Assembly: GCA_011109175.1 (NCBI GenBank) | Contig: RDEW01000043.1 | Coordinates: 124,001-188,000, forward strand | DNA: 64,000 nucleotides | Direction of reading: 5' to 3' | Source of the DNA: Dicyema japonicum | Taxonomy: Eukaryota > Animalia > Dicyemida | Program-made: the position numbers and the translations under genes | In this document: one piece after another, positions 22,002 to 34,379 of the stretch | Layout of the letters: each line of letters begins with the position of its first letter | Position numbering within the stretch: the first letter of the stretch is position 1 | The notes under the pieces: generated by a model | What the model saw: the letters and a program-made list of their open reading frames with translations, nothing else | What the model was told of the DNA's origin: nothing | Database searches by the model: none

Positions 22002-22738
22002 ATGAACTCTGATATACGAGAACAGATCATTGCTACGTTTGGAGATGCAATTGAAGCTATGGTAATTCAGAATTGCAATCTTTCTTTGTTCTTTGACACC
22101 ACAACCCACCTCGTTGAAAATTTAAAGTAAATCTGATTCCAATTTATTCAAGGATCAAGCGTTCCCGACTCAGAAGCGAAGTCCGAAGAGCGTTATCCGG
22201 ACTTTCACGTGAAAATGAGTCTTTCTTGTAATGCCATAAATTAGGAAGTTGAATCATAAGGAATTGCGGAAATTTTGTGCACGTAGGCCTACTTTGGGGA
22301 TCACCTCTAAGAAAATCCAACCGTTTATTCCCCAGAATGTAAGTTCAGCTGATCAGTTTGTGAATACAATATTTCGATCTCATCTGGTTATGGAAGCGGA
22401 TCGGTTTGCTGTTGAGATTCCCACCTTGCAGTTCAAAAGTGGTAATAATCCTTGTTATTTCAGAGGTAGTGTCCTCGACAGTGGTTGTCCCCTCGGAAAG
22501 GGTCGAGTTCGGTGTCCAAACCAACAGCGACAATCTCCATGATACCTTTTTGATAAAGAACGACATAACGGATGCTAGTGTAGAAGAAAAAGTGAAGACT
22601 CCGCGGATTTTGGCGATACCAAGTTGTGGTGGAGACATGTCCCCTCCCACGATCACATCCTCGTTTATAATCATTTTGTATTTTAGTGTGAGGATGAGTC
22701 GTCCCCCTGACGTATTTTCTCGTAATAGGTCAAATTAG
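22002..22738 (+). CDS. Hypothetical protein (~210 aa), 4 short introns
   Basis: GT-AG introns of 26, 26, 22 and 24 nt join ATG 22002 to ORFs 22249.. and 22406..22738 in one frame: MNSDIREQIIATFGDAIEAM...KIKRSRLRSEVRRALSGLSRENEKLNHKELRKF...; AT-rich promoter-like flank. Confidence 0.75.
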
Positions 22739-24049
22739 TGATATTAGAATTTATTTTAATAAATATTTTTTTATCCATTAAAATATTTGAATATTTTTTT
22801 GAATATTCGAGTTAAGGTTTTTTACAATTAAGAGTAGTTCGTGAATGTTGTCAGGAAGGGCACAGAGATATGGCCGATCGTCCAATTCTGTTTTTATAGC
22901 TTTGCAAAACCGTATGTTGTCGTAACGAAGCGTATAAAGTGGACACGTTTCCCGAGGAAGGGAAGCTTCAAAGCTTTTGGTGGCTTTGTAGAAACCCAGT
23001 GAGACGCGACTTACTGGTTCAATTCCCCGAATGGTTCGAGTAATGTGAGCTTCATCACCAAGGGTAAACGTTTTTACCCTTGTAGAGTGCCTCGTGTCTG
23101 GTTAAATTAACCTGATTTGATAAAATTTGATATTAAGACACGTGGGAGTGATCTTGTTATGATTTAGCTTTAGTATAATTGCATCATTCCTTTGAAATTG
23201 TGGGAGATTTTCATAATGATACCAAAAACTATTAAATTAACCAATGAGTCACCAAGTACTCCATTGGCAGTCTCCTCGTGGTCAAACAGAGGCCAAATAT
23301 CTATAATCGTCACGACTAATTAATCCAAGGGCGGAAGCCAAGGGAAAACGTCTACTTATGTCTACCGAATGCATTCCCCAATGATCCGTTGCATGCTTCC
23401 GAAGTGAAGTGGAGAAGTAGGTTCGCCCTCTTCCATTTTCATCACATGTCCTGCCACGGACATCACTTCATTATTAGGCGGAAGAGTTTTCATAATGGGA
23501 ATCTTCACCAAAGGAGTTGGTCAGGGAGAAGCATCAGTTGTCCATCTTCCTTTTGCTATCAACGATTTGATAAACGTAGGAAGGAAAGGATTATCAAAAT
23601 TATTTTCGTCTGAAAATTATTTCTTTTTTTGATTTATAGTATCTTAAGTTTCTGTTTAGCATTTATTTACTAATTTTAAATTGAATAATTCTATAATTTT
23701 GGTTGTTTGAATTATTTTATTATTTTTCAACATGTGATCTACCTTCTAAGGAGACGCTACAAAAAATCTCTCTTCCCTACTCCACTGGTGGATATAAATG
23801 GCTATGATGTTCGAAAACGATGAGTCCCACTCTGATCATGGAGCCGAAATCACTTAGTTGAGAATTCTATTTCTTTCCTTTTAACCCGTTGATCCTGGAA
23901 ATAAATAAATAATAAGCACTTTCACGATAATAAAATTATAGCTTGCGCATGCAAAAAACAGTTTAAATGTCAATCTCTCATATTCTGGTTAATTAACAGT
24001 CTCAATAAATTTAGGTTATCTACGAATTTTAAACAAACGGAAAAAAGTG

Positions 24050-24800
24050 AGCAAATGGTCATATAGCCCTGACAGCGTGGGTATTCCCTTTTAGGATGGC
24101 GAGCGAGATTCGCTCAAATAACCAGCAGCGCTAACGGAGATCTCCTGATAGTGTAGAAATCCGATTCCCATGACGACTCAAGAATTCCAATTTTCCTAGC
24201 AAAAGGGTACCAGACGTCTCAACGGCGAGTGGAACAAACAAATAATCATTGGATAGGACCACGTACTTTATCCGTTTCAACCTCTTGGCCTTCTCAGTGG
24301 CGAATTACAATTTTAGTGTTTCAGGTAATACAGAGAAGCACAATTTCCTGAGATAATTAGAATAAATATAAGTGAGGACGATTCGTATTCATTGTATGTA
24401 TTCGTTAACTCCGAGTTCGATATGATCTATCACCACCCTTCCATCGTGTGATGGGTAGACATTTATAATTGTCATGTAACTGTTAGAGAGACAATGGGTG
24501 TTTAGACGTATTTGATGACTTCAATCCTGTTTTCACACGGAATTATAAGAGCCAGTTTTGAATAGTAAATCCGATCCATATTTTCGGGGTTCCCGTCGAG
24601 ACTGAATGAATTCTTCGTTTTTTGTAGACAACCGATAGAAACAAATTCTATCATTGTTGGTTTTTGTCATAAATTGATAGGGGAGTTTTTCTGACTGGAC
24701 ACTTCTGCATCTATCACGAGTTTGTGTGGGCTCAAAGCAGAATACAAGCCAAGTTGAGAATTTTGCCTTAACGTGTCAGATATCATAGTTTGGTTTTACT
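24050..24800 (-). mobile_element. Decayed APE-LINE fragment
   Basis: MTIINVYP and IISGN (GDFNA-like) motifs on the minus strand at 24330-24480. Confidence 0.35.
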
Positions 24801-24962
24801 CGCTATTCATTCAGTTTTCCTATTTTACTTAGGAGTAAAAGGGTGCACAGGTAACCATTGTATTCCAAAAAATCAAAATAACAGTAAAAATAACTTTATA
24901 CAACGAACAAAATCAACTGATTATCTCACAAAGACCCAACATGTGAAGTACTCCCACTACAA

Positions 24963-27900
24963 CTAAGACATAAATCTATACTCTGACAGACTGTCATAAT
25001 CAGCCTCCACAATGCTATCAAATCGCCTTAATGGTGTATTCACGGGAAGAGTACTCACCACAGATGTCCCAAAAGTGCTATCTCGCTTATTAACAGAAGC
25101 TTCAGACTCGTCTCCAATAATCAAACACACAACCACTACGTCTTTTGATAGAACTCTCCGTAAAACACCAGAAACCATGAGGGATCTACGGTATTTCTCA
25201 AGGGATGAGAACTCCTTATATTCAACCCCCAGATTATGGAGTTGTCTATCCAAGTAGTCCAAACTGAGATCACAAAACACATTACATCAATGCTCGGTCA
25301 GCAGAGACAGTCTTGGAAGTAAAATCCGATAGCACATCGAAAAAGGAGACATTCGACAACCCAAGGTCTTCTGACTTTAGGGCAAATTTAATCCCCCTCC
25401 TTAAAAATTAGCACAAAAGTACTGATGGATAGCTACAATCGAATCACGTGCATTTTTTCCTGATACCACAAAAAAACTGGCGAATTTCTTAGAAAGTTCC
25501 TTCAGGCTGGATTCATCTCCTGGCTCCATATTTTTGTAGAACTACAATGAACAGAGTCCCAACCTGCGAAAGAGAAGATATGATGAGCCTGGCAATTAAA
25601 ATGGGGTCAATCCCCTTCAGCTTGGTAAGAAACATCTTAATATCGTCCCCGAATGCAGAGAAGCACTTATTTTAGAGATAAACCCAACCCTGGCGTAGTT
25701 CACGAGGACCACAATGGAGTATTGGAAGCTAATCACTCCAAAGAGGACAAACTTACAATAGCCCAGCAGAAATAAGCGCTTTCTCCCACAATTATCATCG
25801 TAACCAGTTAGCACACGTGTCTCAACAAAAGTAGTGAGTTCATCCACCAGTTTAGCAGATGGTACCACACGCAGACAGTGCAGAGCCTCATCCTCTTCCT
25901 GAACCCCGGGCCCGAACAGCAATAAAAAGTCAGAAAACATCAGAAACGCCCTCAATTTGTACTCAAAATACCTCCTCCACCACATCATCAGATATATGCT
26001 CCAATAGTTCCTCGCAGGTTGTCTGCAACTCCACTATCCTTTCCCGAAGATCAGTCACACGCTCCTTCCATAATAACCACCATTACAGATAAAATAGTAG
26101 AGTTCTTCAACGACTGGTAAGACCAGCAAACAGAAAGAAAACCGATACGAATAGCTTCTACCACCACTTTGGGAGGAACTTCTGAGTCACACGCTCTCTT
26201 CAGAATGGAAAACACGGTTTCAGCCACATTCCAGGCAGACAAGTCATGAAAACTAAAATAACAAAAAATTTCCACCAGTAAAAGGCAAACAATTTCCTTA
26301 CTGAAGACAACAAGGAAAACTCATCATTTTCTGAACTCCCCAAATTCTCAAATCAATATAATCCTTACAGAAAAGTAGTTATTGTAATTCACAAGCAGTC
26401 CATCTGTCAACTGTCCGAATATAGTATTCTTGGATTCCTCACATATTGCAGTAATTGAAGACTCAGTACAAAGTTCCTTGTAAGCTTTGGCACAGTTCTC
26501 TAGAACAGATGACTCGATGTGTTTCTCAAGAATTTCTTCTAGTATTTTCAGGACCTCTTCCAATCTCTGGGCAGAAGCCACCTCTCCTTGAGAAAACAAA
26601 GAATTGTCCAGATGGCACAGAATCTCCAACAAATTTGCAGTCTTGTCCGCATCCGAAACAAACTAGGATTTTTGACCATTTAGTACCTTTGATAGTAATT
26701 TGGACAGATTTAATACAAAGATCTCAGAAAGCGAGGCACGTGTCATCTCAACTTGCTTCATTTCCTTGGCAGATAGCTGAAATTAGCACAATTAAACTTT
26801 TTTATGTGTTATTCCTGAATTGCAAGACTGTTTCACAGCAAGCATCATAATTTCTATAAGAATGGACTCACTTTGATCACAGAGAGCTGCCAATAAACAC
26901 GATAACCACCATGGCTAGGCTCCACTGGCTCTTCTAGTAATAAGTCAATAATAGTGATCCAGTCCGTTATAGCAGGACAGCAATGAAAGAGACTTTCCAC
27001 CAGATAAACAGTGTGATCAAAATACTGAGTATCGATGTGATAACTTATCACGTCGTATAAATACAATGCATTTTTTGACAGATTTTTCCCGCTCTTCGTC
27101 AAAATTACCGAATTCTCCCGCTCTTTTGCAACTCTGCATTCAATAGTACCATAAAGGAACTCCCCAGCCGCACGGGCGACTGATCGATTAACACCGAATA
27201 CTTGCCGAAAAACCATACGACATTCTTCAAGGGTAAACAAACACGTGTCAAATCTATGTAAACACACATCGTACTTGTACATGGCAGTCACAGTGCGGAT
27301 AGCTTGCACTGCAACCTCAAAATCTCTGTCATATGCCATCTGGCTTATCCTTTCCTAAAGTTAAAATCAACAACACCTTAAATCTACTGGAGAACTGTTC
27401 CATTCCAAAGGCGAGTTCAGCAGATCCGTAGAGCGGTTGAAGCAATTTCATGCAGGCCAACCGAATTTCGCTAACACGGTCATAAATACTCCATCCAATA
27501 TACTTCAAATAATCGTTTGTTATAAATGATTCAGGACTAGAAAACATCCATCGACCAAGTTCTGTAATACAAATCACCCGAATGTCGGGAACAACATCTC
27601 TATATCGATGGAAAAACACGTGCTTGAAAATATAATTCTTTATGTCTGTAATTTCTACCAGCTGTTCCTCAATCTGAAAATTAATCATCAAAGAACAGAT
27701 TTTATGCGAGTCTTCAGTGTCGTAACTCGCTCATTCTGTTTCTTTAGTCCAGCCTTCATATTTTCCTTGTCCAACTGTCTCGAAGCATTCTCAGTTTCTT
27801 TAGAGAGCGAAACCGAGACTTCCACCAAACCAGTCATGATCTTAATCAAAAGTAGAGTCGACGTGTGGCGAAAGGTACGAATGGAAGAATCGGACAGCCC

Positions 27901-28476
27901 AGTCAGAAAGGAAACTACATTCCTCATAAGGAATTGGTCGAAAATTATTGACTGATCACATTTCTCAATGATCATAAGAACAAATGAAATCAAATTGGAG
28001 CGCAATTTCTTCCATAGGTTGCCATGGGCAACGATTGGGTACTCCGTAGTATCCTAAAATCAGATAAATTCCTTACCAGATCGAACATCCCGGAGAGTCT
28101 ACTAATTAGATCACTGCATTTCAGGTCTCTAAACATTTCCACTGTGAGGACTCCGTTGCATCCGGAAGCAGACACAAATACGCCTAAGAGTTCCACAAGA
28201 GACTCTTCTCTGTCTTTTTTGTACTTTGCTATCCAGTTGTCCACGATTTCCTGTGGAAATCTTATATTTCTACATTTAATGAAGATGGACAATCTCTAAT
28301 TTTACTCAAAATGGCAGATTTGCTGGTGACTTCTATCAAGCCTTGTTTATTGTTTTCAGGTACTTTTTCCTTCGTTTTATTTTAATAAATACAGTCAATG
28401 TTACGTTGTTTACATGGAGTGTCTTATCAACTGATGTCTCCATACCTGTTTTTTTTGTAGAGTTAAGTATATTCAT
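24963..28476 (-). CDS. SCC3: Cohesin subunit SA/Scc3 (STAG family), about 17 short introns
   Basis: EIVDNWIAKYKKDREESLVELL...YPIVAHGNLWKKLRSNL...RTFRHTSTL...HRYRDVVPDIRVICITELGRWM...YLKYIGWSIYDRVSEIRLAC...AFLMFSDFLLLF match STAG/SCD motifs; 21-24 nt introns restore the frame. The start codon (28476 or 28443) and the last exon are less certain. Confidence 0.93.
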
Positions 28477-28649
28477 ATTTTCGAACCACAGTAAACAGAC
28501 TATTTATGCCGCTATTTTATTATTATTTTATTATTTTTTAATTTTTAATACTAAATTTCATTTCTAATGTTTTTTAATAAAGCTAAAAATATGTGTTTTG
28601 AATTTAACTAATTAATAATTAATGTTGATTATGATTAGATAAACTAACA

Positions 28650-28950
28650 TATCCTTCTTTTTTTACGAGGATCTTGACCAGCCATCCACCTGACTTCCGC
28701 TTCCTTTTCGAACTGCGGGTTGAGTTGCCCGCTCTTCTAGTCTCCTCGACCCGTAAAGGATTTTTTCAATTGTCTTTACTGCATATTTGTGCTCGACAAT
28801 CATAATTTCTAATGTTTTCTTGACTACCGATTGGATATAAGTTCGTATTGGCACATCAATCGCCTTTAAGAGATGAAAGTCAAGTATGTTATTTAATGAT
28901 TACCGAATCATCTTCCTACCACCAAAATTTCTCCACTATTGGAATTCAAT
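28650..28950 (-). mobile_element. R4/Dong-like element, 3' fragment
   Basis: ORF 28663..28854 RTYIQSVVKKTLEIMIVEHKY, homologous to 63713..63937 and 57540..57908. Confidence 0.75.
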
Positions 28951-29069
28951 CTACAAATGTTATTGTGTGAACGATCGGATGATAGTTCGCATATGGCACA
29001 TGTGGAAACTTTATTATATTTGACATTTTGTTTCTATGATTGTGTTAATAATTATAAAATGGTTTTCCT

Positions 29070-29212
29070 ATATACTTCGATGAATTGCGGAGACGTGCGA
29101 GGATGAAAGTTACATGGAGAAATCTGGTAGAACGGATAGTGAAGAGCATCGCACAGGTGGAACCCTAAGTATTCATATGCTTATGGGTAACGCGGGAGTG
29201 CACTTAACTAAT
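29070..29212 (+). mobile_element. RTE-like element, extreme 3' end
   Basis: RARMKVTWRNLVERIVKSIAQVEP* followed by UTR ...GGGAGTGCACTTAACTAATTAAC, like the other RTE termini (32225, 48190, 63620). Confidence 0.65.
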
Positions 29213-29227
29213 TAACTTTTTTACACA

Positions 29228-29400
29228 TATTTCTTTATTATTAACCCCGGATACACCGAAAATAAAGTTAACAATTAACAACTAATTAAGTGTATCAAGT
29301 TCCCATTGTCACAGAAACAGAGTCTTCCCATATCTAAATCTCTAACAAATCTCCAAACGCGGATGGATGCAATGGCAAAGTAAAGGACAATGGAAGTAAA
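29228..29400 (-). mobile_element. SINE family 2 / I-group LINE 3' tail fragment
   Basis: GATACACTTAATTAGTTG...TTCGGTGTATCCGGGGTTAATAATAA on the minus strand; similar to 15285-15370 and 39878-39946. Confidence 0.7.
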
Positions 29401-29462
29401 AATAATTTGTATATTTATATTAATGAATAAAAATCGCTCACAGTTTATCTTTGAAATGCTTC

Positions 29463-29770
29463 ATTTATTTAATAACCCCGGGTATAGGGGAAAGGGGTAA
29501 TAAACGTCTAAATAAGATCGGAGTTAGGTGGATCCTTTCCAAGAATCACGTGCATCCATATATGCCATTATGGGAACCCCTCCAGTGAAGTGGAAAAGAG
29601 AAAAATTCTTTTAGGATGCCGCCCAAGCACTGGGTGTTTTCTGAGACAGGTGGATTGCAACACGTTTTTTAGTATTTAAAGAAGGCACAGAACAGAATCC
29701 TTCTACCAGGTAGGTGTGGAATCGGACCTGCTACATAGATAATCGATACATAGAACGACAACAATAACCC
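29463..29770 (-). mobile_element. SINE family 2 copy
   Basis: GGTCCGATTCC (B-box-like), CCTGGTAGAAGG, core shared with 15285-15590, tail CCCGGGGTTATTAAATAAAT. Confidence 0.75.
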
Positions 29771-30289
29771 TATTTATTGATCCTACAGAATGTTTACACT
29801 CCAAATTTCGACATGTAGTCTTACGAGATAATATCCCTCTATTCTTTGGAACACAAAAGTTTTAAGTGTTATCTCCAAAATTGGTGTAGGCCACTGTCCT
29901 TGACATTAGTTAACTAAACTCAAAATTGATTGTTGAAGCATTAACGATAGAATAATATTGGGCGAACTTTATTATTAAGGTTTTCATGTTGGTCATCTGC
30001 TTGTAGAGTAACTGCTTTCATTTGTAGTGAACAGACACAACCTATCTCCCTACCAACTACCAAATAGTTTGTTTGCTCGCTTCGCTCATAGCATACTAGC
30101 TCCCGAAGGGGGTTACTTCCCAACGTCACACATCCTATCAGTCGTTTTTCCATTTTAGAGATGTCATTTTATTATTAAAAATTATTAACCCATAAATTCC
30201 ACTTGAAAGATTAATTATCAAATTAATTAAAAGTATCCAAACTTCAAGGTTCTTTTAAGGACATTAAACATATAATTAAGGACCTAAAC

Positions 30290-30590
30290 GAAGTGGTTAG
30301 ACGAGCTCCTACATCAAAGTGCCTCAAGACTTTGCTTGACCGCTGAGAAGGCTGAGAAATCAAAACGAGCAAAATACGCTTTCCTACCCGATGATGTTTT
30401 GTTCGTTCCACTCTCAGTAGTCAGGTTTCATTGCGTCATCGACGATCGAATTCCTGGATCGATTTCTACTCGAACTGGAGATTTCCATGAGTCTTATTAG
30501 TTATTTGATCGAATCTCGCTCGTAATCCTGAGAGGGATTAGCCACGCAGTCAGGATGGCTGCTTCAATAAAATTTATTAATTACTTAAAT
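30290..30590 (+). mobile_element. CRE-like element, 3' end
   Basis: AEKAEKSKRAKYAFL...FVPLSV...DRISLVILRG (end of the RLE). Confidence 0.65.
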
Positions 30591-30599
30591 AAGATAATC

Positions 30600-32220
30600 T
30601 TGAGTTAATTTATTACATCGTCACCGAAGGCGAAGTGCGACGCGGCATTTCGTCGTTTGCGGCGAGTAGCAGTGGGGGTATCGATGGCTTGCGGCCGGGT
30701 CACATCAAGGATCTTACGGCGGAGGCTACTGCAGAAGCTGGCTGCAACCTTGTCAAATCAATTACAAAACTGGTTATGCGTATTTTGAACGGAGATATTC
30801 CTCCCCACGCAAGGGAGCTTCTTTTCAGTGCACATCTACTGGCCTTCAAAAAACCTGAAGGTGGGGTCCGCCCCATCGCAGTGGCAACTATTTCAGAAGA
30901 CTGACAGCGAAAATCGCATGCAGCATTGTCTGTCCGAGAATTTTCCCCCTCTAACTGGGAGTTGGTGTAAGGAACGGATGCGAGGCGGCAGTACATGCTG
31001 CGAGGTGTTTTTTTGGACAAAAAGACGAACAAAACCCACACATTGGGGTCAAGCTGGACATCTGCAATGCCTTCAATTCACTAAGGAGGGATCAAATTTT
31101 CGAAACTACAAGCGAACGAGCCCCGGAACTTATTCCACTTGTCTTCCTCGCTTACGGAACCAATTCTCATTGGTTTTCGGGGACAAGATTATCTGTTCGG
31201 AGACCGGAGTTCAACAAGGGACCCACTTGGTCCACTACTCTTCGCTCTGGCCATTGATGAAATTGTCCGCTCTATAAACACACAACTAACCTCTGGTATC
31301 TTGATGACGCCACAATTGGAGGGCCGTGGAGAAAAGTTCACGACGTTCTGTCACATGCCGTGCCAACACTACGAAACCTCGGACTTGAGATAACACAAAG
31401 AAATCGGAGCTAATAAATATCACATACTCGGAGAATGATTTTATCAACGTGGTCGAGTCTTTCAACTCGGTACTACCTGGAATTATTGTCGTACCCAGGG
31501 AGCGGATATACTTTCTTGGGTTCCCACTTGACGAAAAGGAACTGCAGAGCCATCTACTAAACAAAAAAGGATGAACTCTCTAGAGTCACGGAGAAACTCT
31601 CCTTACTCAATGTCATACAGCGTTCTTCCTTTTGAAAAGTAGCATCGGCTTGCCCAAACTCCTATATGCTCTCCGATGTTCTCCCTGCTTCAAACATCCT
31701 GACATTCTCTTGTCACTGGATAGACATTGAGAAAATCAGCAAAATTGCTTCTAAATATCCACTTTGATGTGCCGAGTTGGAACCAATGCAAGTTTTCTAC
31801 ACGACTCGGAGGAACGGGTCATAGGTCAACGCTGGAGATCGTTTTTTTAGCATATGTGTCATCGCTCTCTAGTGGAAGCCTTTTGGTCCAAGATATCCTA
31901 CGTTATCCAACCGGACTTTCTTGGGAAAGAGTCTTTGACGAAGCTCGTCGCGAATGGTGTGAACTGGTTTGGATATGCCGAACGATCCTTCGAGCAACGT
32001 GACTGGGATGATATCTACTTCAAGAATATCTTCGACGTGCTAAAGTCTGAGGCCAACCAGCATCGTCTTGCATGCCTCGTGTCCGCCGCCAACCATGGGA
32101 GCGGAGCGTGGCTGGATGTACTCCCGTGTTCCTCCCTGGGGACCCTTTTGGACGATGACTGTATTCGGATTGGGATCCCACAACGCCTGGGAGTTGATGT
32201 TTGCGTCAAACACCAAGTTG
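30600..32220 (+). mobile_element. CRE-like element, RT region, decayed
   Basis: SSGGIDGLRPGHIKDL, KKPEGGVRPIAV, GVQQGDPLGPLLFAL, GSGAWLDVLPCSSLG. Confidence 0.9.
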
Positions 32221-32224
32221 ATAA

Positions 32225-32424
32225 TTATTTATTTTTTTTTAAAGCACTCCCGAGAAGTCATAAAATTAATCAAGCCTCCCTTGTGCCGTATTTCTAGCCA
32301 TCCTCTCTATCAGCCTTTTCCAGGACCCTCTACTTCGTGCCAGTTCCCTTAAGGTATCTAGGTCGTCTGCGGAAGGAGACCTGTCGGCTGTGGACTGAAG
32401 CTCACTTCCGCAGACGACCTAGAT
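32225..32424 (-). mobile_element. 5'-truncated RTE insertion with a 13-bp TSD and a 5' foldback
   Basis: ACCAAGTTGATAA at 32212-32224 and 32425-32437. Minus strand encodes DDLDTLRELARSRGSWKRLIERMARNTAQGRLD* followed by an A-rich tail. Confidence 0.85.
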
Positions 32425-32599
32425 ACCAAGTTGATAAACGAATCTAAAAATATTTTTTTACATTCTAACTCTACACGATTGTTTGATAATAAGCTTAAAA
32501 CTTACATTCTCACTGTTTGGACTCTCAAATTTATTCATCCTTAAAGAAGGATTAGTTCCATAATCTTGTAAAACTCGTACCTACATTTAATTAATAAAA

Positions 32600-33170
32600 A
32601 CTTGTTCTCCTATAAACAAGTGTATTTTCCATGATGCACATTCATCTTTTTGTTCATCCTTTTAAAATAAGGTGAATCCAAGTTAGGTTTAATGAAGTTA
32701 AATTGAAATTTTTCTAATTTTAAAATCATTATCGTGTTTTTGTAACCCATTTCAGATGTGGAGTGTGTAGTTTCTTCATTATTTGTTTCGTTTAACGACT
32801 CATCATACAAAACAACCTCAGTGTTCACTGTCTCCTCGCAAATTTCATTCTCTAAATCTAATTCAAATTATAAATAACAAAACCAACCATCATTTATTAT
32901 AACAGTGTTAAAACCAGGAATGTCTCAATACATCTCAAAAGGTGTTCTTTCGCTCGACAAATGTACAGTTCTGTTATACATATAAGTGGCACTAGGTAAA
33001 ATTTGAATCCAAGATTTTTCAGCGTTTTTTGCCATCATTTTTGACAGAATCCGTGTGATGGTTTGATTGATTCGTTTTATGAATTTTTAAATTCTGTACC
33101 ATTGCCTGATTGTAAAATCATACAAGGCCCATATTTATTTAATTCCAAGACCACTAAGAAAAATAGGTTA
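32600..33170 (-). mobile_element. Retroviral-type DDE integrase remnant (Gypsy/Ginger-like)
   Basis: ILQSGNGTEF...RINQTITRIL...WIQILPSATYMYNRTVH...TPFEM on the minus strand; no LTR or TIR seen. Confidence 0.7.
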
Positions 33171-33879
33171 AAACTAACTAATTTGGTGATCCCAGCCTCC
33201 AACAACATCCGAACTCTTTTCACCTAGTCTTCTGATGACCCAACCGCATTCAAGAAGCGTCTTCTCTTCCTTCTGCATAAGAATTCATTCGGTGTGCACT
33301 TTTTTATAATCGACCAAAATTCCTCTGCCATTTTTCCTACCTTTTCTTTGAATGGGTTTTCCAGTTCCTTGCAAAAACGTAGGAAGCCCTGACATTCTTC
33401 AACGTCGCCTTCTCAGAAACGAGGCTGCCATTGGAAATGTCAGTGTGGTGCATAATATTCCGCCTGAGAGTTCAAAGGATCAATTCTCAAAAAAGGAATG
33501 GCAAATCTCCAGGGGGAGCAGGGATATTCAATAGTAGGAACAATGACTTATAGGTAGATACTCATAGAATATGCTTTTTAATTCCATTGAAACCTAAATT
33601 AAATATATGATTTTAAGCATCTTACTTTAAAACCAGATTTGTTTTTTTATTTTTTTTGTTATGGCCAACTTTGAATATATATCAATTACACTGAGCATCC
33701 ATTTGTATTCATCGTTGACAGAATAAAATATTTTCAGAACAAGAAGATCTAGTTTAAACCTTTCATTTGGTTTTAATGCAATGATATGATGTTTTTCATG
33801 ACTTATCTATTAAAATATTACTAAAAAACAAACTTTTAAAGGAATAAAAAAACTTACAGATTTCACAGGAATTAATTAC

Positions 33880-34250
33880 TCTGCGGATAACACTTTTTTT
33901 AAATGTGGAAGTAGTTTTTATTGCAGAGATCCTCTATTTTATACATTCCAAGATGAGTCTGGTTATGGAGTGCTGAGGTTAAAACATCCATGTCATTGTC
34001 CATACAATTGACAAGCTTGTGATTTCCATTTGGATCTTCGAGATACATTTTGACATTGATCATCATGAAATTTCTTGATTTTTGTAGAAGACGAAATTAT
34101 TATGCCTGTTGGTACTTGGAAATACTTGGTCCTTTAATAATGTGTCGATTATTTCATATTCCTCATTACATTTTATATAACCTCTGTATGCAGACATCCT
34201 TAGATTTACTAATATTTTTGCGAAAGTGTTATTATTAGAGCAACATTTTA
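33880..34250 (+). mobile_element. Possible MULE transposase remnant
   Basis: ADNTF/CGSSFYCRDPLFYTFQDESGYGV resembles the first-Asp region of MULE transposases; weak. Confidence 0.3.
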
Positions 34251-34379
34251 TTGACTTAAAAAATAAAAATTTCCCTTAAAAAGTCAATTTAATTGATCTT
34301 AAAATTTTAAAAATTGACCAAAACATTGACCTAAAAAATACTAGTTACAACTTTATTTTTATATATAAACGGAAGAAAG

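Noticed and set aside
29941-30153. 70-aa ORF on the minus strand as a host gene
   Set aside because: No recognisable motif and no convincing spliced extension; it lies between SINE and CRE fragments.
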